Made by a program: the position numbers and the translations under genes
The notes under the pieces: generated by a model
The model's database searches: none
What the model saw: only the letters and a program-made list of their open reading frames with translations
What the model was told of the DNA's origin: nothing
From: Halobacteriales archaeon
GTDB lineage: Archaea; Halobacteriota; Halobacteria; Halobacteriales; SKSH01
Length of the DNA: 64,000 bases
Direction of reading: 5' to 3'
Assembly (NCBI GenBank): GCA_007118145.1
Contig: SKSD01000010.1
Coordinates: forward strand, 69,896 to 133,895
Part shown: one piece after another, positions 50,134 through 60,229 of the stretch
Layout: each line of letters opens with the position of its first letter
Position numbering within the stretch: the stretch's first letter is position 1

Positions 50134-50934
50134 ATGATGGAATCTCCACTGCACCAGCAGGTGCACGACAAGGAAGGGCGTCCCATTCCCCTCGATCTGG
50201 AAGATACGACGTGTGTTGTGACCGGTGCCTCAAGAGGTATTGGAAAGGCAATCGCGACCGAACTCGGACACCGTGGTGCCAATGTCGTAGTCAACTATCA
50301 CTCCTCTGATACAGCTGCGAACACCGTGGTCGATCACATCCAATCGACCAATGGGAAAGCGATGGCCAAAGCAGCGGATGTGAGCGATCACGAGGAGGTG
50401 GCTGCGATGTTCGAACACGTCCGTGAATCGTTCGGTCCGATCGATGTCTTGGTCAATAATGCAGGCATCACTATCGACAGGCGATTCGACCAGCTCACCG
50501 CACATGATTGGTCTCGTGTCATGGAGGTCAACCTCGGTGGGCCGTTCAACTGTACCAAGGCCTGCTACGAGGATATCAGATCAAGCGATCACGGCAGGGT
50601 AATCAACATCTCGAGTGTGATCGGCCAGACTGGTAATTACGGACAGACGAACTACGCTGCATCGAAGAGCGCTCTGTTCGGATTCACCAAATCACTCGCT
50701 CTGGAGCTTGCCCCCCACGGATCTACTGCCAACTGTGTTGCTCCTGGGTACACCAGAACGGACATGGTCGATAATGTCCGTGAAGATATCCAAGATCGCA
50801 TTCGGTCGAAGATACCTCTCGACCGGTTTGCCACACCTGCGGAGATAGCCTCGGTTGTTGGTTTTCTGGCTACCAAGCGCTCCTCATACGTGACTGGTGA
50901 GATCATCAACGTCAACGGTGGCCTCAATGGCTAA
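50134..50934 (+). CDS. Acetoacetyl-CoA reductase / 3-oxoacyl reductase (PhaB/FabG-like SDR)
   Basis: TGASRGIG, NNAGIT, GQTNYAASK and NGGL. Confidence 0.9.
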   Translation: MMESPLHQQVHDKEGRPIPLDLEDTTCVVTGASRGIGKAIATELGHRGANVVVNYHSSDTAANTVVDHIQSTNGKAMAKAADVSDHEEVAAMFEHVRESFGPIDVLVNNAGITIDRRFDQLTAHDWSRVMEVNLGGPFNCTKACYEDIRSSDHGRVINISSVIGQTGNYGQTNYAASKSALFGFTKSLALELAPHGSTANCVAPGYTRTDMVDNVREDIQDRIRSKIPLDRFATPAEIASVVGFLATKRSSYVTGEIINVNGGLNG

Positions 50935-51202
50935 GGAGGAATCGACCAATCTCGCTGGTGACACCATCATCCACCGTGGGATTTCTCCAGAGGATTTCTC
51001 GATCATCAATAGTCTGGATACAGCAACGGCCAAACTGGTCTACCTACACCTGACCATCGTCGAAGAGGCCACACCATACGAACTCAAACACGACCTCGGC
51101 ATCGACCTGCTCACACTCTATCCGATCCTGGAACAGCTACGAGCAATGGAGATATTCGAGCAAGATGGTGCATATTATCGCTGTACGAGCGCAATCAATT
51201 GA
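50927..51202 (+). CDS. Small TrmB/MarR-like HTH protein
   Basis: AKLVYLHL...ELKHDLGIDLLTLYPILEQL; overlaps the SDR stop. Confidence 0.7.
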   Translation: MAKEESTNLAGDTIIHRGISPEDFSIINSLDTATAKLVYLHLTIVEEATPYELKHDLGIDLLTLYPILEQLRAMEIFEQDGAYYRCTSAIN

Positions 51203-51524
51203 TCCTTCATTCAATCGACGGTGATGATTGACCCTCGAACTGATTCCAGGCGTGAGTCTCCCAGGCGAATGACGATTTTTCTATAGCGATATCCAATTTA
51301 GCTTATAATCGTATCCGCTCAATCGAAATCGGTGACGACACGCAAAAAAAGCAGAAAATTTGTTGTAAAGACTAACCTCAGATAGTGAATATGATACATA
51401 TGAAGACGAATTTGATAGTATATATTCAAAAAGGTATGGCACCGTAATCAGGTATCACCATCAATATCATCGTTGTCTCTCAGCTCTCGATAATCGATGT
51501 AGTACTGATGGTACATCGAGACCA

Positions 51525-51725
51525 ATGTGCAGTATGGCCACGACAACCGTCACAAAAGCAGCAGAATCAGCGATGCGACTGATCGATCTACAACCTGAGG
51601 ATGAACCTCCGATCTCGGAGGAGGTGGACAAGAAATCTCGACGGACGAAGTTGCTTCAGGGCTTTGTGGTATTTGGCATCATGTTCATCGTCCTGTATTG
51701 GGGATTGTCGCGACGCTCTGATTAG
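51525..51725 (+). CDS. Small tail-anchored membrane protein
   Basis: Acidic N-terminus and one C-terminal TM helix (LLQGFVVFGIMFIVLYWGL). Start uncertain. Confidence 0.55.
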   Translation: MCSMATTTVTKAAESAMRLIDLQPEDEPPISEEVDKKSRRTKLLQGFVVFGIMFIVLYWGLSRRSD

Positions 51726-51729
51726 GTAG

Positions 51730-51778
51730 TTGACATCCTCCCCGCGCTGAAGCGCGAGGCTTTCGCCTCGTTTTCCTC
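51730..51778 (-). mobile_element. Minimal single-hairpin IS200/IS605-derived element (49 bp)
   Basis: Minus strand reads TTAC|GAGGAAAACGAGGCGAAAGCCTCGCGCTTCAGCGCGGGGAGGATGTCAA. Confidence 0.75.
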
Positions 51779-52192
51779 GTAAACGTTTCGATTGGAAAGT
51801 AGTTTTCACCATCCAAGCCAACTCCAGACACCACGATTGTGTACAGTTGAGCAGCGGCTCGTCTCACATAATCAGGGTTGGTCAAGCTGGCGACTACGTG
51901 ATGACCATCATCCTCCGACGTGGGACTCGTCTGCCCAACCACTCTGATATTCTAGATTAACTGAGCGGATGATACCGTCTTCATTGTTGGCGAGGCATCA
52001 TTACATCAAACCAATCTCCCAGACTGTCAAGAATTGATAGTGAGATGGTGTGGTAGTTCCACCTCAAATGACACTAGACAAAGGTATTAAGTTCCGTTGA
52101 TTATAACCGTTAGCTAATGGATGCCGCTTGTGGTCCTGCCTACAAACGTGATTCAAACAAACCGGTCACTGACACGATACAACAGGTACCCC

Positions 52193-52510
52193 ATGGAATC
52201 AGATAAACACCAAAGCGTCGATGCATTCGTGGCCGCCATTTCTTCAAAGCACCGACGAGATATCATCAGAACCCTCCGAGATGTAGAAGACAATACCATG
52301 ACCCTCGACGAGATGGTCAGTCAGCTCGCTGTTACATCCTTTGAAAGCCGACCTCATGATGAAATCCGAATCGTCTTGCATCACAAGCACCTGCCAGTAT
52401 TAGCCGAATGTGACCTCATCGAATACGATCATCGGTCGGGTATGATATCGTTACGAAGCGACATTGCACAACCAGGCATCCTTGCGCTCGTCAATACCCT
52501 CGATACGTGA
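52193..52510 (+). CDS. DUF7344-type winged-helix protein
   Basis: ISSKHRRDII...LHHKHLPVLAECDLIEYD. Confidence 0.8.
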   Translation: MESDKHQSVDAFVAAISSKHRRDIIRTLRDVEDNTMTLDEMVSQLAVTSFESRPHDEIRIVLHHKHLPVLAECDLIEYDHRSGMISLRSDIAQPGILALVNTLDT

Positions 52511-52525
52511 CAACCAATTGCGCAC

Positions 52526-53677
52526 TCAATCCGATGCGCTCGTCATCTCTTCGGGGAATTTCTCAGATAGCATCGTATCAAGCGGATTTCCCTCGATAGA
52601 CAGCGGAAGGTCGACACGTTCCCTTCGACTCGCAGATTCATAACAGGCAAATATGAGTTCTGTTCCTCTGATCACCCGTCTGCCGGAGATGACCGGTTCG
52701 ATCCCATCTCGAATGCCTGAGACCACGTGCTCGATCGCTCGCTCGTAATGGCTCGGCTCACCGATCCAATTCCCGGACATGCCGGGGATGTTCTTGATGA
52801 GCTTATTCGTCGCTGCAGCAGCGAGACTCGATGAAGGGCGATATACCGTCTCTCCGTTGGTATCAACCGTCTGCCAGCCATCACCTGTATCGATGCGCAG
52901 TGGCGGACCATCCGGGTGTTGAATCTCGATGATACCATCCTCGCCGACGATACGAAGGTAGGGATCGACCACTGTCTGGTCGGACGCCTCTGCGGTTGAT
53001 GCCAGACCGAGGACGCCATTCGTGTATCCCCAGGTGGCAATCCCGTGAGCGTCGTTAATCGCTCCAAACCAACGGTTATCAGGGTCGATATCGACAGCGG
53101 CGAGCGCCCACGCAGGAGTGGCACCATCCGTGAAGTGATCACAGAGATCGAAGAGGTGACTTCCCGCATCGAAGAGATTCACCTCGCTCCATTCGAGTCG
53201 GCGGATCGGACCGATCATGCCACCGTCGATGCGAGCCTTGGCCTCCTGTACGGGGATGGAAAGCCGTCGCTGATGGTTGATCGTCAACTGAACATCGTTA
53301 TCATCGCAGGTGTCTACCATCTCACTGCATGCCCCCCAGCTAGTCGCCATCGGTTTCTCACAATGTATCGCCTGGAGATCGCCATGCGTCGCACAATCGA
53401 GCACTAATTCAGCATGTGCTGAGGGTGGCACGCAGATACTGACGATGTCCAAATCGACTCCCTCAAGCATTTTGATGTGACTGTCGAACCAGTCATCAAG
53501 TTCGAAGTGCGAGGCAAAACTGGCTGCATGCTCTGGTATGATATCAGCACAGGCAACGAGTTCACAATCATCTAACCGTCTGTACCCAGGGGCGTGTCGA
53601 TATGCCATCGCATACCCATCTCGGCTTTTCGTCTTGGGATCAACACCTGTCCCGATAATTCCCACACGGTAGACCAT
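52526..53677 (-). CDS. Gfo/Idh/MocA family oxidoreductase
   Basis: VGIIGTG, CEKPMA, NHQRR and DAGSHLFD motifs. Confidence 0.9.
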   Translation of the reverse strand: MVYRVGIIGTGVDPKTKSRDGYAMAYRHAPGYRRLDDCELVACADIIPEHAASFASHFELDDWFDSHIKMLEGVDLDIVSICVPPSAHAELVLDCATHGDLQAIHCEKPMATSWGACSEMVDTCDDNDVQLTINHQRRLSIPVQEAKARIDGGMIGPIRRLEWSEVNLFDAGSHLFDLCDHFTDGATPAWALAAVDIDPDNRWFGAINDAHGIATWGYTNGVLGLASTAEASDQTVVDPYLRIVGEDGIIEIQHPDGPPLRIDTGDGWQTVDTNGETVYRPSSSLAAAATNKLIKNIPGMSGNWIGEPSHYERAIEHVVSGIRDGIEPVISGRRVIRGTELIFACYESASRRERVDLPLSIEGNPLDTMLSEKFPEEMTSASD

Positions 53678-53719
53678 CGCTCTAATGAGACGGCAAGTCA
53701 GTCAATTAGTATAGACCGG

Positions 53720-54889
53720 TTAAGTCGTCAGGTCACCGGATGAATCCGTGGTGACATCTCGGTCGATTTCCTCAGTGGGTGATGAGGTATCACTCGAGTG
53801 GACATGCTCACAATCGTATACTTCACGTGTGGAAGCGGCGATATCGTGCCAGTCCATTTGCGCGGCTAATCTCCGATTTTCCTCGCCCATCATACGGAGT
53901 GGTGTTGTCTCATCGAGCGCACGGATGAGTGCATTTTCGAGCCCGGTTTCGCTGTCGTGATCATAGGTTATTCCCCCACGGTCGCTGATGAGTTCTGCTG
54001 GGCAACCGACATCGGGGATCACCAGAGCTCGGCCATACGACATTGCGAGGATAGCACTGCCAGAGGTGAGAATCGAATCGAACGGGAGCACCACGGCATC
54101 CGATGCGAGCAGATATCGAGCCACATCCTCATCAGGAATGAATTCAAGGCGAGTCATCACTCGTGTATCGTCGCCTGCTGCATCCGATACCTGTTGTTGA
54201 AGGTTATCATTCCATGGATTTCCCACGATGAGAAGTTTCGACGACGGATCAGTAACTAGCCGTCTGAAGGTGTGAATCAATCGAGGGACGTTCTTATACG
54301 GTCGAATCAGTCCAAAGTAAAGCAGCACCCGATCATTTGAATGAATACCAAGAGTATCACGCGCAGCATCGGCCGAGGTAACCGTTGGATAACTATCGAT
54401 GAAATGACCGTGGGGGATGACACTGATCCGGTCGACATATGCATCTGAGAGTCGGTATGTTTGACAGACCGCATCGACAGCAGACTCACAATGTACGATC
54501 AAGTGGGTGCTCAATCTAGCCCAACCCATACGGGTCAACAGATCCACCCTCGGCGTGTGTGACTCGTGAGCTCGCAGATTGTGAACTGTCCATACGACAT
54601 CCGTGCCTAGAACCCGTACGATGAGTAACTCAAAAAGCGTGCGTAGCCCAAGCAGTGCTGCCAACAGCCACCGGTCAGTCCCGATGAACGCCGTCACCCA
54701 ATGGAGGTGGATGACATCAGGTCGACTGTTGTGGTACCACGCTCGGAGGATCGGACACATGATATCGGCATCTACCAGATCCACAGCCACGCCTTGCTCA
54801 TCGAGAGCGCGTATCAACCGCTCCTGATAGGGATTCCTCCTGGTATAGTCGGGCAGCATCACCACACTGAGCCGTTTTGAATCGCTCAT
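53720..54889 (-). CDS. Glycosyltransferase family 4 (GT-B)
   Basis: NPYQ, HLHW, WTVHN, FGLIRPYKN and SGSAILAMSYG. Confidence 0.9.
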   Translation of the reverse strand: MSDSKRLSVVMLPDYTRRNPYQERLIRALDEQGVAVDLVDADIMCPILRAWYHNSRPDVIHLHWVTAFIGTDRWLLAALLGLRTLFELLIVRVLGTDVVWTVHNLRAHESHTPRVDLLTRMGWARLSTHLIVHCESAVDAVCQTYRLSDAYVDRISVIPHGHFIDSYPTVTSADAARDTLGIHSNDRVLLYFGLIRPYKNVPRLIHTFRRLVTDPSSKLLIVGNPWNDNLQQQVSDAAGDDTRVMTRLEFIPDEDVARYLLASDAVVLPFDSILTSGSAILAMSYGRALVIPDVGCPAELISDRGGITYDHDSETGLENALIRALDETTPLRMMGEENRRLAAQMDWHDIAASTREVYDCEHVHSSDTSSPTEEIDRDVTTDSSGDLTT

Positions 54890-55103
54890 CAGTGTACCAT
54901 TATCGACTGATCTGTCCCCAGCCAGGAATGTGACAGACAATCATGGATCAGATGCCGGGATGGAATCACAACTGAGGCGTGGGAATCGATCATGTTCATC
55001 AACTTGTGCCATCCATTCACGTCGTTAAGCAGTGATTACTGCCTGTGCGAACGGTCCTTGCGCAACAACAGACACAGGTTGTCGCCAATATCAGAGCCAC
55101 CTA

Positions 55104-56231
55104 TCACTGTTGAATCCAGGCGTCGACGTGATGGGTCGGGGTGTACGATTTCCCAACGATGTCCAACCGACCATCCCCGTTTAGATCGACAACTTTCGCC
55201 TCATGGGTTGGAATGCCCTGAGAGAGTAACTCGGGATGAAAATCCCCATGACCATCATTTCGGTATAAGAGGTGTCTCGAATCGTGGTTCGTCCCAAGTC
55301 CCATCTCAGCGACGAAAATGTCCGGGACACCTGTGTCGGTGAAATCCGCCAGTTGTAACGTATGGGGATTGTGCAGATCGTCAGCCAGCACCGTTTCATC
55401 TTGATCGACTGGATCGAACACACCCAATCTGCCAAGTTTACCATCGTGATAGGGTCGATCACCCTCAGCAAGGACAATCTCGGGAGTACCATCACCGTTG
55501 AGGTCCCCTACAGCGACACGTGTCCATCGCCACCCTGGGGCGAACGTTTCACGACGCCACGACCCCTGCTCTGAGATGAACACGTTCCCTCCAGCGATGA
55601 GTTCTGGTCGGCCATCCCCGTCAATATCCACGACTTCCACACCTTCGACATCAACTCCATCTGCGATGAGGTGTCGATGGCTGGTCGGCCACGGTGATCG
55701 GGTCGGATCGTCGGGGATGTCATAATAACAGATGGTCTCACTGAGTTGTGAGAGAATGATGACCTCAGGTCGGCCATCTCCATCGATATCTGCGATCTGT
55801 GTGTCGTGATACTTGTGAAAGTCATCGGTGATGAGATATCGTGGCCAGGGTTGGGTAGGATCTGCAGGCTGTTCGAACCAGTAGAGTTCGTTGCCGAGAT
55901 TTTGCCCAACGACCATATCGTTTCGTCCGTTGCCTGTGATATCCCCGAGGGAGGCACCGACGCTCAAATCAGGCGATGTCACCACATCATGTCGAACCCA
56001 GCCAGGGTTCTCATACCAGAACACGTTACTCTCGAGTCGTCGGATAACACGCCCAACAGCTGGAAGATAACGCAGTTTCAGTGTCTTACCGAACAACGAC
56101 AGTGGCCGTTCTGCACCCAATCCACCGACGATGACATCAGGTAGGCCGTTACCGGTGAGATCCTCGGTGAGACAAAAGGCCAATCTTCCACAAGGAGGCT
56201 TGTCATCGATTCGTACATGTGCAAACTCCAT
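55104..56231 (-). CDS. FG-GAP/VCBS repeat beta-propeller protein
   Basis: About seven DxDGDG-type repeats (DLTGNG, DITGNG, DIDGDG x2, DLNGDG x2, DFTDTG); no signal peptide seen. Confidence 0.85.
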   Translation of the reverse strand: MEFAHVRIDDKPPCGRLAFCLTEDLTGNGLPDVIVGGLGAERPLSLFGKTLKLRYLPAVGRVIRRLESNVFWYENPGWVRHDVVTSPDLSVGASLGDITGNGRNDMVVGQNLGNELYWFEQPADPTQPWPRYLITDDFHKYHDTQIADIDGDGRPEVIILSQLSETICYYDIPDDPTRSPWPTSHRHLIADGVDVEGVEVVDIDGDGRPELIAGGNVFISEQGSWRRETFAPGWRWTRVAVGDLNGDGTPEIVLAEGDRPYHDGKLGRLGVFDPVDQDETVLADDLHNPHTLQLADFTDTGVPDIFVAEMGLGTNHDSRHLLYRNDGHGDFHPELLSQGIPTHEAKVVDLNGDGRLDIVGKSYTPTHHVDAWIQQ

Positions 56232-56328
56232 TCAGGGAATAGTTGGTGAAAAACCTGCATCGTAAGCCTGCCTCTAATGGTACGACAAATGGGAGCAATA
56301 CAGTATCCGAGAATATGATGAGATGGTG

Positions 56329-57243
56329 TTACCGGTGACTGAGGGAGCCGAGTTGTGTTGCATGGTGTGGTATGCCTATGACATTGGACATCACCTGGGC
56401 ACCACGTTCCAGAGCGGTGTATGGATCATCGGGATGATCGTGTTCGTAGATGAGCCACCTAGCATTTGATGCTAACCCGGCGTCGATCGATGCTGGAATG
56501 TCGACCATCCCGGTCCCAGGATCGACGCTTTCGAACCTCGGTGGGATGCGTCGTGTCTTGGCGATATCTGCGATGTGGATGAATTCGAGATTTGAACCGA
56601 TGGCATCCATGAGCATCGGGGGATCGAAGCCAGCGGCGGTGGCGTGTTTGATATCTAGCTCAATCGATATCGACCGATCTTGCATACCGTCGAGAAGACG
56701 GCCGAGTCCGGATCGATAGAACTGATCGATCGATAACGGTCCGCCATTTCGTCTCATAAGTGATGCCATCCCTTCCCACCCACTCGCAGGGGTGCGGTCG
56801 ATCCATGGTAGCCGACTGGATAATATCGTATCCATTGGAGGCAGCAGTGACTCTCGGGTATTGTGAAAGCTCAAGTTGAAACCTCGCTCTTCGAGATCAT
56901 CAGCTAATATCTCGAGATCTTTCCTCAGCCTCTCGATGTCCACCATGGTGATGAAGTGTCGATAGGAAATATGTGGAAGGATGAGGTTTCGACAGCCTAT
57001 CATCTCATAATGTGCTAACAACGAATCATACTCAGATTCCAGGGTCGAGAGTTCGATGTGAGCACCAATCGGAACCAGACCGGTTCGATCAAGTGCCTGT
57101 TTGATCTCCTCTGGATCCTCCTCTCGAACCCGATGGGCGAATTCGACTCCGGCAAAACCTGCAGCGGCGACCCGAGTCAGTATCGAACTCAATGGTTCAT
57201 CGATATCACGCAGTGTATAGAGCTGAATGCCTGCCTCGGCCAT
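56329..57243 (-). CDS. Sugar phosphate isomerase/epimerase (IolE/AP-endonuclease-2 TIM barrel)
   Basis: GIQLYTLR, GVEFA, FHN, ELD..H, IHIAD and YEHD. Confidence 0.88.
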   Translation of the reverse strand: MAEAGIQLYTLRDIDEPLSSILTRVAAAGFAGVEFAHRVREEDPEEIKQALDRTGLVPIGAHIELSTLESEYDSLLAHYEMIGCRNLILPHISYRHFITMVDIERLRKDLEILADDLEERGFNLSFHNTRESLLPPMDTILSSRLPWIDRTPASGWEGMASLMRRNGGPLSIDQFYRSGLGRLLDGMQDRSISIELDIKHATAAGFDPPMLMDAIGSNLEFIHIADIAKTRRIPPRFESVDPGTGMVDIPASIDAGLASNARWLIYEHDHPDDPYTALERGAQVMSNVIGIPHHATQLGSLSHR

Positions 57244-57407
57244 ATCTGCCCCACCAGACTCCTCTTTGCTCACTGGCATCAAGCATCCTTACCGCAGATG
57301 AAGTATAGTAATCCTTGCGTTAATCGAAAATTGACATAACGTACCTAACGAATGCAGACCAGCGATACATCTGATACCAGGAACCGAAAACCACTAGACG
57401 GAGTATA

Positions 57408-57713
57408 TCACTCGTAGACGCTGATGAATCCGTTACTCATTATCGAGACAGTCATCCCATCATAATCGAACGAGACCTCAACATCTGTATTACCGTTTTT
57501 TGAGGCCTTTTTGAGGATCGAATTGAGGGCATCGGCATCAACAAATTGTTGGAGGGGCTCCATGTCGATGGGATCGGCCTTGATGACCTCAGAGACTGCT
57601 TCGATTATTCGTACGCTCGGTAGCTCGTCATCTCCCCACGAGGTATCCACGATCTGGATATCTTCGCTTATTTGAGAGGAGATATCAACACTTGAGTGAT
57701 TTTCTCCAGTCAT
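57408..57713 (-). CDS. HalOD1 output domain protein
   Basis: PSVRIIEAVS...DPIDMEPLQQFVDADALNSIL...FDYDG. Confidence 0.82.
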   Translation of the reverse strand: MTGENHSSVDISSQISEDIQIVDTSWGDDELPSVRIIEAVSEVIKADPIDMEPLQQFVDADALNSILKKASKNGNTDVEVSFDYDGMTVSIMSNGFISVYE

Positions 57714-58384
57714 GTTATACGTATGATGGATATTGTCGAGTACAGTTGGCCATGCAGTTGGCAGTTCGCATGAGACTCCACACATGATTGAATACAAGCT
57801 ATCCTATTTAATCATTATGTGTCGAAAATGTGGATGAAAGTTGATTATATATCAAATAATGATACTTAATATATCTAGCCTCCAAGATTCACAATTCAGG
57901 TGGGCACCGATTGCTACATAATAAAACAGCTTGTACCACTCGACTTGGACCGGAGTTCGGTGAGATCAAAATACAAAGTTCCTATAGCATTTCCTCAACA
58001 CTTTCCATATTATGAGAAGTATATCTTAGTCAGATATACCTTGGAAAATACATGGGGGCGAAGGTAACGTTCGTATCCACATCGACGGGTGACACTCTCA
58101 CGACTGAACAACTTGCTTTAACGTCAGTGACAATACGCTTATCTTCCATTAATGCGTAGGTTAGATCGGTCCTCGGCCGGGGAAATCCAGCTTGCGTGCC
58201 AGCAACTGCTTGCCCGGGGATCTCCGGGGACCGTCTTATATATTAGAATATTGATATATTGCCCAAATAGTCAATATCTGGAGATACTTCCATACGCAAC
58301 CAACCATGTCCAACAGGGAGTCTACGATCTAGCCCAACGGAAGGCTTCTCCTCTTAAAGCGATCTAGACCGTATTTCACGGAGA

Positions 58385-59557
58385 TCATCGAGGTAACAAT
58401 GATGTCGCTGGAGAAGATTTCTGTGTTGTTCCCTTCACGTTCAGACACTCTTTGCCCTCGATAATCACGCGTTCTACGGTTGATGTCGGGTGGGCATCGA
58501 CGATGATGACATCACCACGAAATCCCGGAACAATCTTTCCCCTAGCTGTGAGCCCGACAGCCTCAGCGGGATTGGATGTGACCCGAGCCACCCTCTCTGG
58601 GAGCGATCCCTCAGATCCGATGAAGATGGATGCCAGTAGCGAAGGTGGATGATAATCTGAAGCAAGAATGTCGACGACACCCTCATGTACCGCCCGCTCG
58701 GCGGCAAGATTGTCCCAGAGACTTCCACCACGGACGAAGTTTGGAGCACCCATCACGGTGAACAATCCCTGGTCCCTCGCTGCTGTCGCTGCTTCCATTG
58801 TCGTGGGGAACTCGCAAACTGATATGCCGAAGTCTGCCATGGAAGCGACCTGTTCAGCCGTGTCATCATCATGAGAAGCGAGTGGAATGTCCCTGGCCAA
58901 GGCCTGTGATGCGATCAGGTCAACCACTGAGTCATGCATGCTCGACTGGAGTGATTGACGTCTTGCCACCAGTTGCTCGAGCTTGACCACATCACCTCTA
59001 CCTTGGTATTGAAACCGTTGTGCAAACGAACTTGTATCAGGGTATTGTGCTCCACCTGGTTTGTGGTGCATGAGCGATACAAGATCGGGATCCACCTCAT
59101 TGAACACGGCTTCAACTGTGGCCGAATCCATGCTCGAGAGCTCACAACGTGCATGGACTCGATTGTCAGTAAGCAAGCTCGTCGACGTTCTTATGGCCCG
59201 AGAAAGAGTGAATGCAGAATCGATAGTTCGCTGTTCAGCAGGTGTATCCTCGAACGCGATAGCATGGAATTTGGTGGTGATCCCCTGAAGGATATTCACC
59301 CGATCTGCAGCCGTGACGGCAATCTGAGGATCTACCTCTGCATTTTCTCTTGGATGAATCTCTCGTTCGATATCATCACCGTGGATATCGACAAGCCCTG
59401 GGAGTACATACGAACCTTGAGCATCGATGATGGTATCGTCAGTAAATGGGACTTGCTGACCTACCTGTGTGATGATGCCATCTCTGATAACGACCTCACC
59501 CTGTTGCACGATATCATCCGGGGTGACAACACGCCCATTGACGATCTTCATTGCCAT
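58385..59557 (-). CDS. phnM: Alpha-D-ribose 1-methylphosphonate 5-triphosphate diphosphatase-like amidohydrolase
   Basis: PGLVDIHGD, ASHDD, EFPTT, MGAPNFVRGGS and LASDYHP. Confidence 0.88.
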   Translation of the reverse strand: MAMKIVNGRVVTPDDIVQQGEVVIRDGIITQVGQQVPFTDDTIIDAQGSYVLPGLVDIHGDDIEREIHPRENAEVDPQIAVTAADRVNILQGITTKFHAIAFEDTPAEQRTIDSAFTLSRAIRTSTSLLTDNRVHARCELSSMDSATVEAVFNEVDPDLVSLMHHKPGGAQYPDTSSFAQRFQYQGRGDVVKLEQLVARRQSLQSSMHDSVVDLIASQALARDIPLASHDDDTAEQVASMADFGISVCEFPTTMEAATAARDQGLFTVMGAPNFVRGGSLWDNLAAERAVHEGVVDILASDYHPPSLLASIFIGSEGSLPERVARVTSNPAEAVGLTARGKIVPGFRGDVIIVDAHPTSTVERVIIEGKECLNVKGTTQKSSPATSLLPR

Positions 59558-60229
59558 GCCTACGATCCCCGCTCCTTGCCTGATTCCACAAGAGAGCAAT
59601 GCACATCAACTATCGAAAGCGAACGAGGAGGAGGGATGACGGCTACTGAGCCAACTTGCATACTAACGTGTGAGTCGTGAGCATGGTTTTGTTATTTCAC
59701 ACCTATTAGGGTATTGACTGATCCATCGACACGTAGATGCTCTGCCCCAAGCGTCTTATTTCGGACCCACTCGTCGTCAGTATCATGGGGAGTATCGAGG
59801 AATGAAACGCCCTGAGTAGAGAGATACATTTGGATTCAGCATATACCGAACCGCAGTATTAAATCATACTGACAATTCAATTCACTCGGTAGATATACAA
59901 AGTTCGCGGGATACGTTTGCACCCGGTCAGCAAAATTATATGTAACTATCTGATTATTGATACTAAAACGATGGGACTCTCACGTTCACCGCCAACCAGA
60001 TTCGACTATAATATTATCCTACACCGACAGGTTTCATAGATTTCAATTCAGATTTCTTAGTAATTCGTCGTCTATATCGAGATTATTCGCACATGAAACG
60101 GACTCGATGATCCAATGTAAATTAATCGAATGTTTATATATCAAGATTGTGTGAGGATTGATCGCCATAGCATTCTACCGGTTATCGCCGTTGTAATTAT
60201 ATGAGTTCCAGTCTAGGTTATGTGGTACC

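Noticed and set aside
55104..56231. Recurring GACGGC/GATGG-type repeats as a possible DNA repeat array
   Set aside because: Explained by protein-level FG-GAP repeats. No CRISPR-like repeat-spacer periodicity was seen here or elsewhere in the window.
58152..58367. Small ORFs in AT-rich gaps (58152-58367, 59957-60154, 41532-41816)
   Set aside because: No recognisable motifs and non-halophilic composition; likely spurious.
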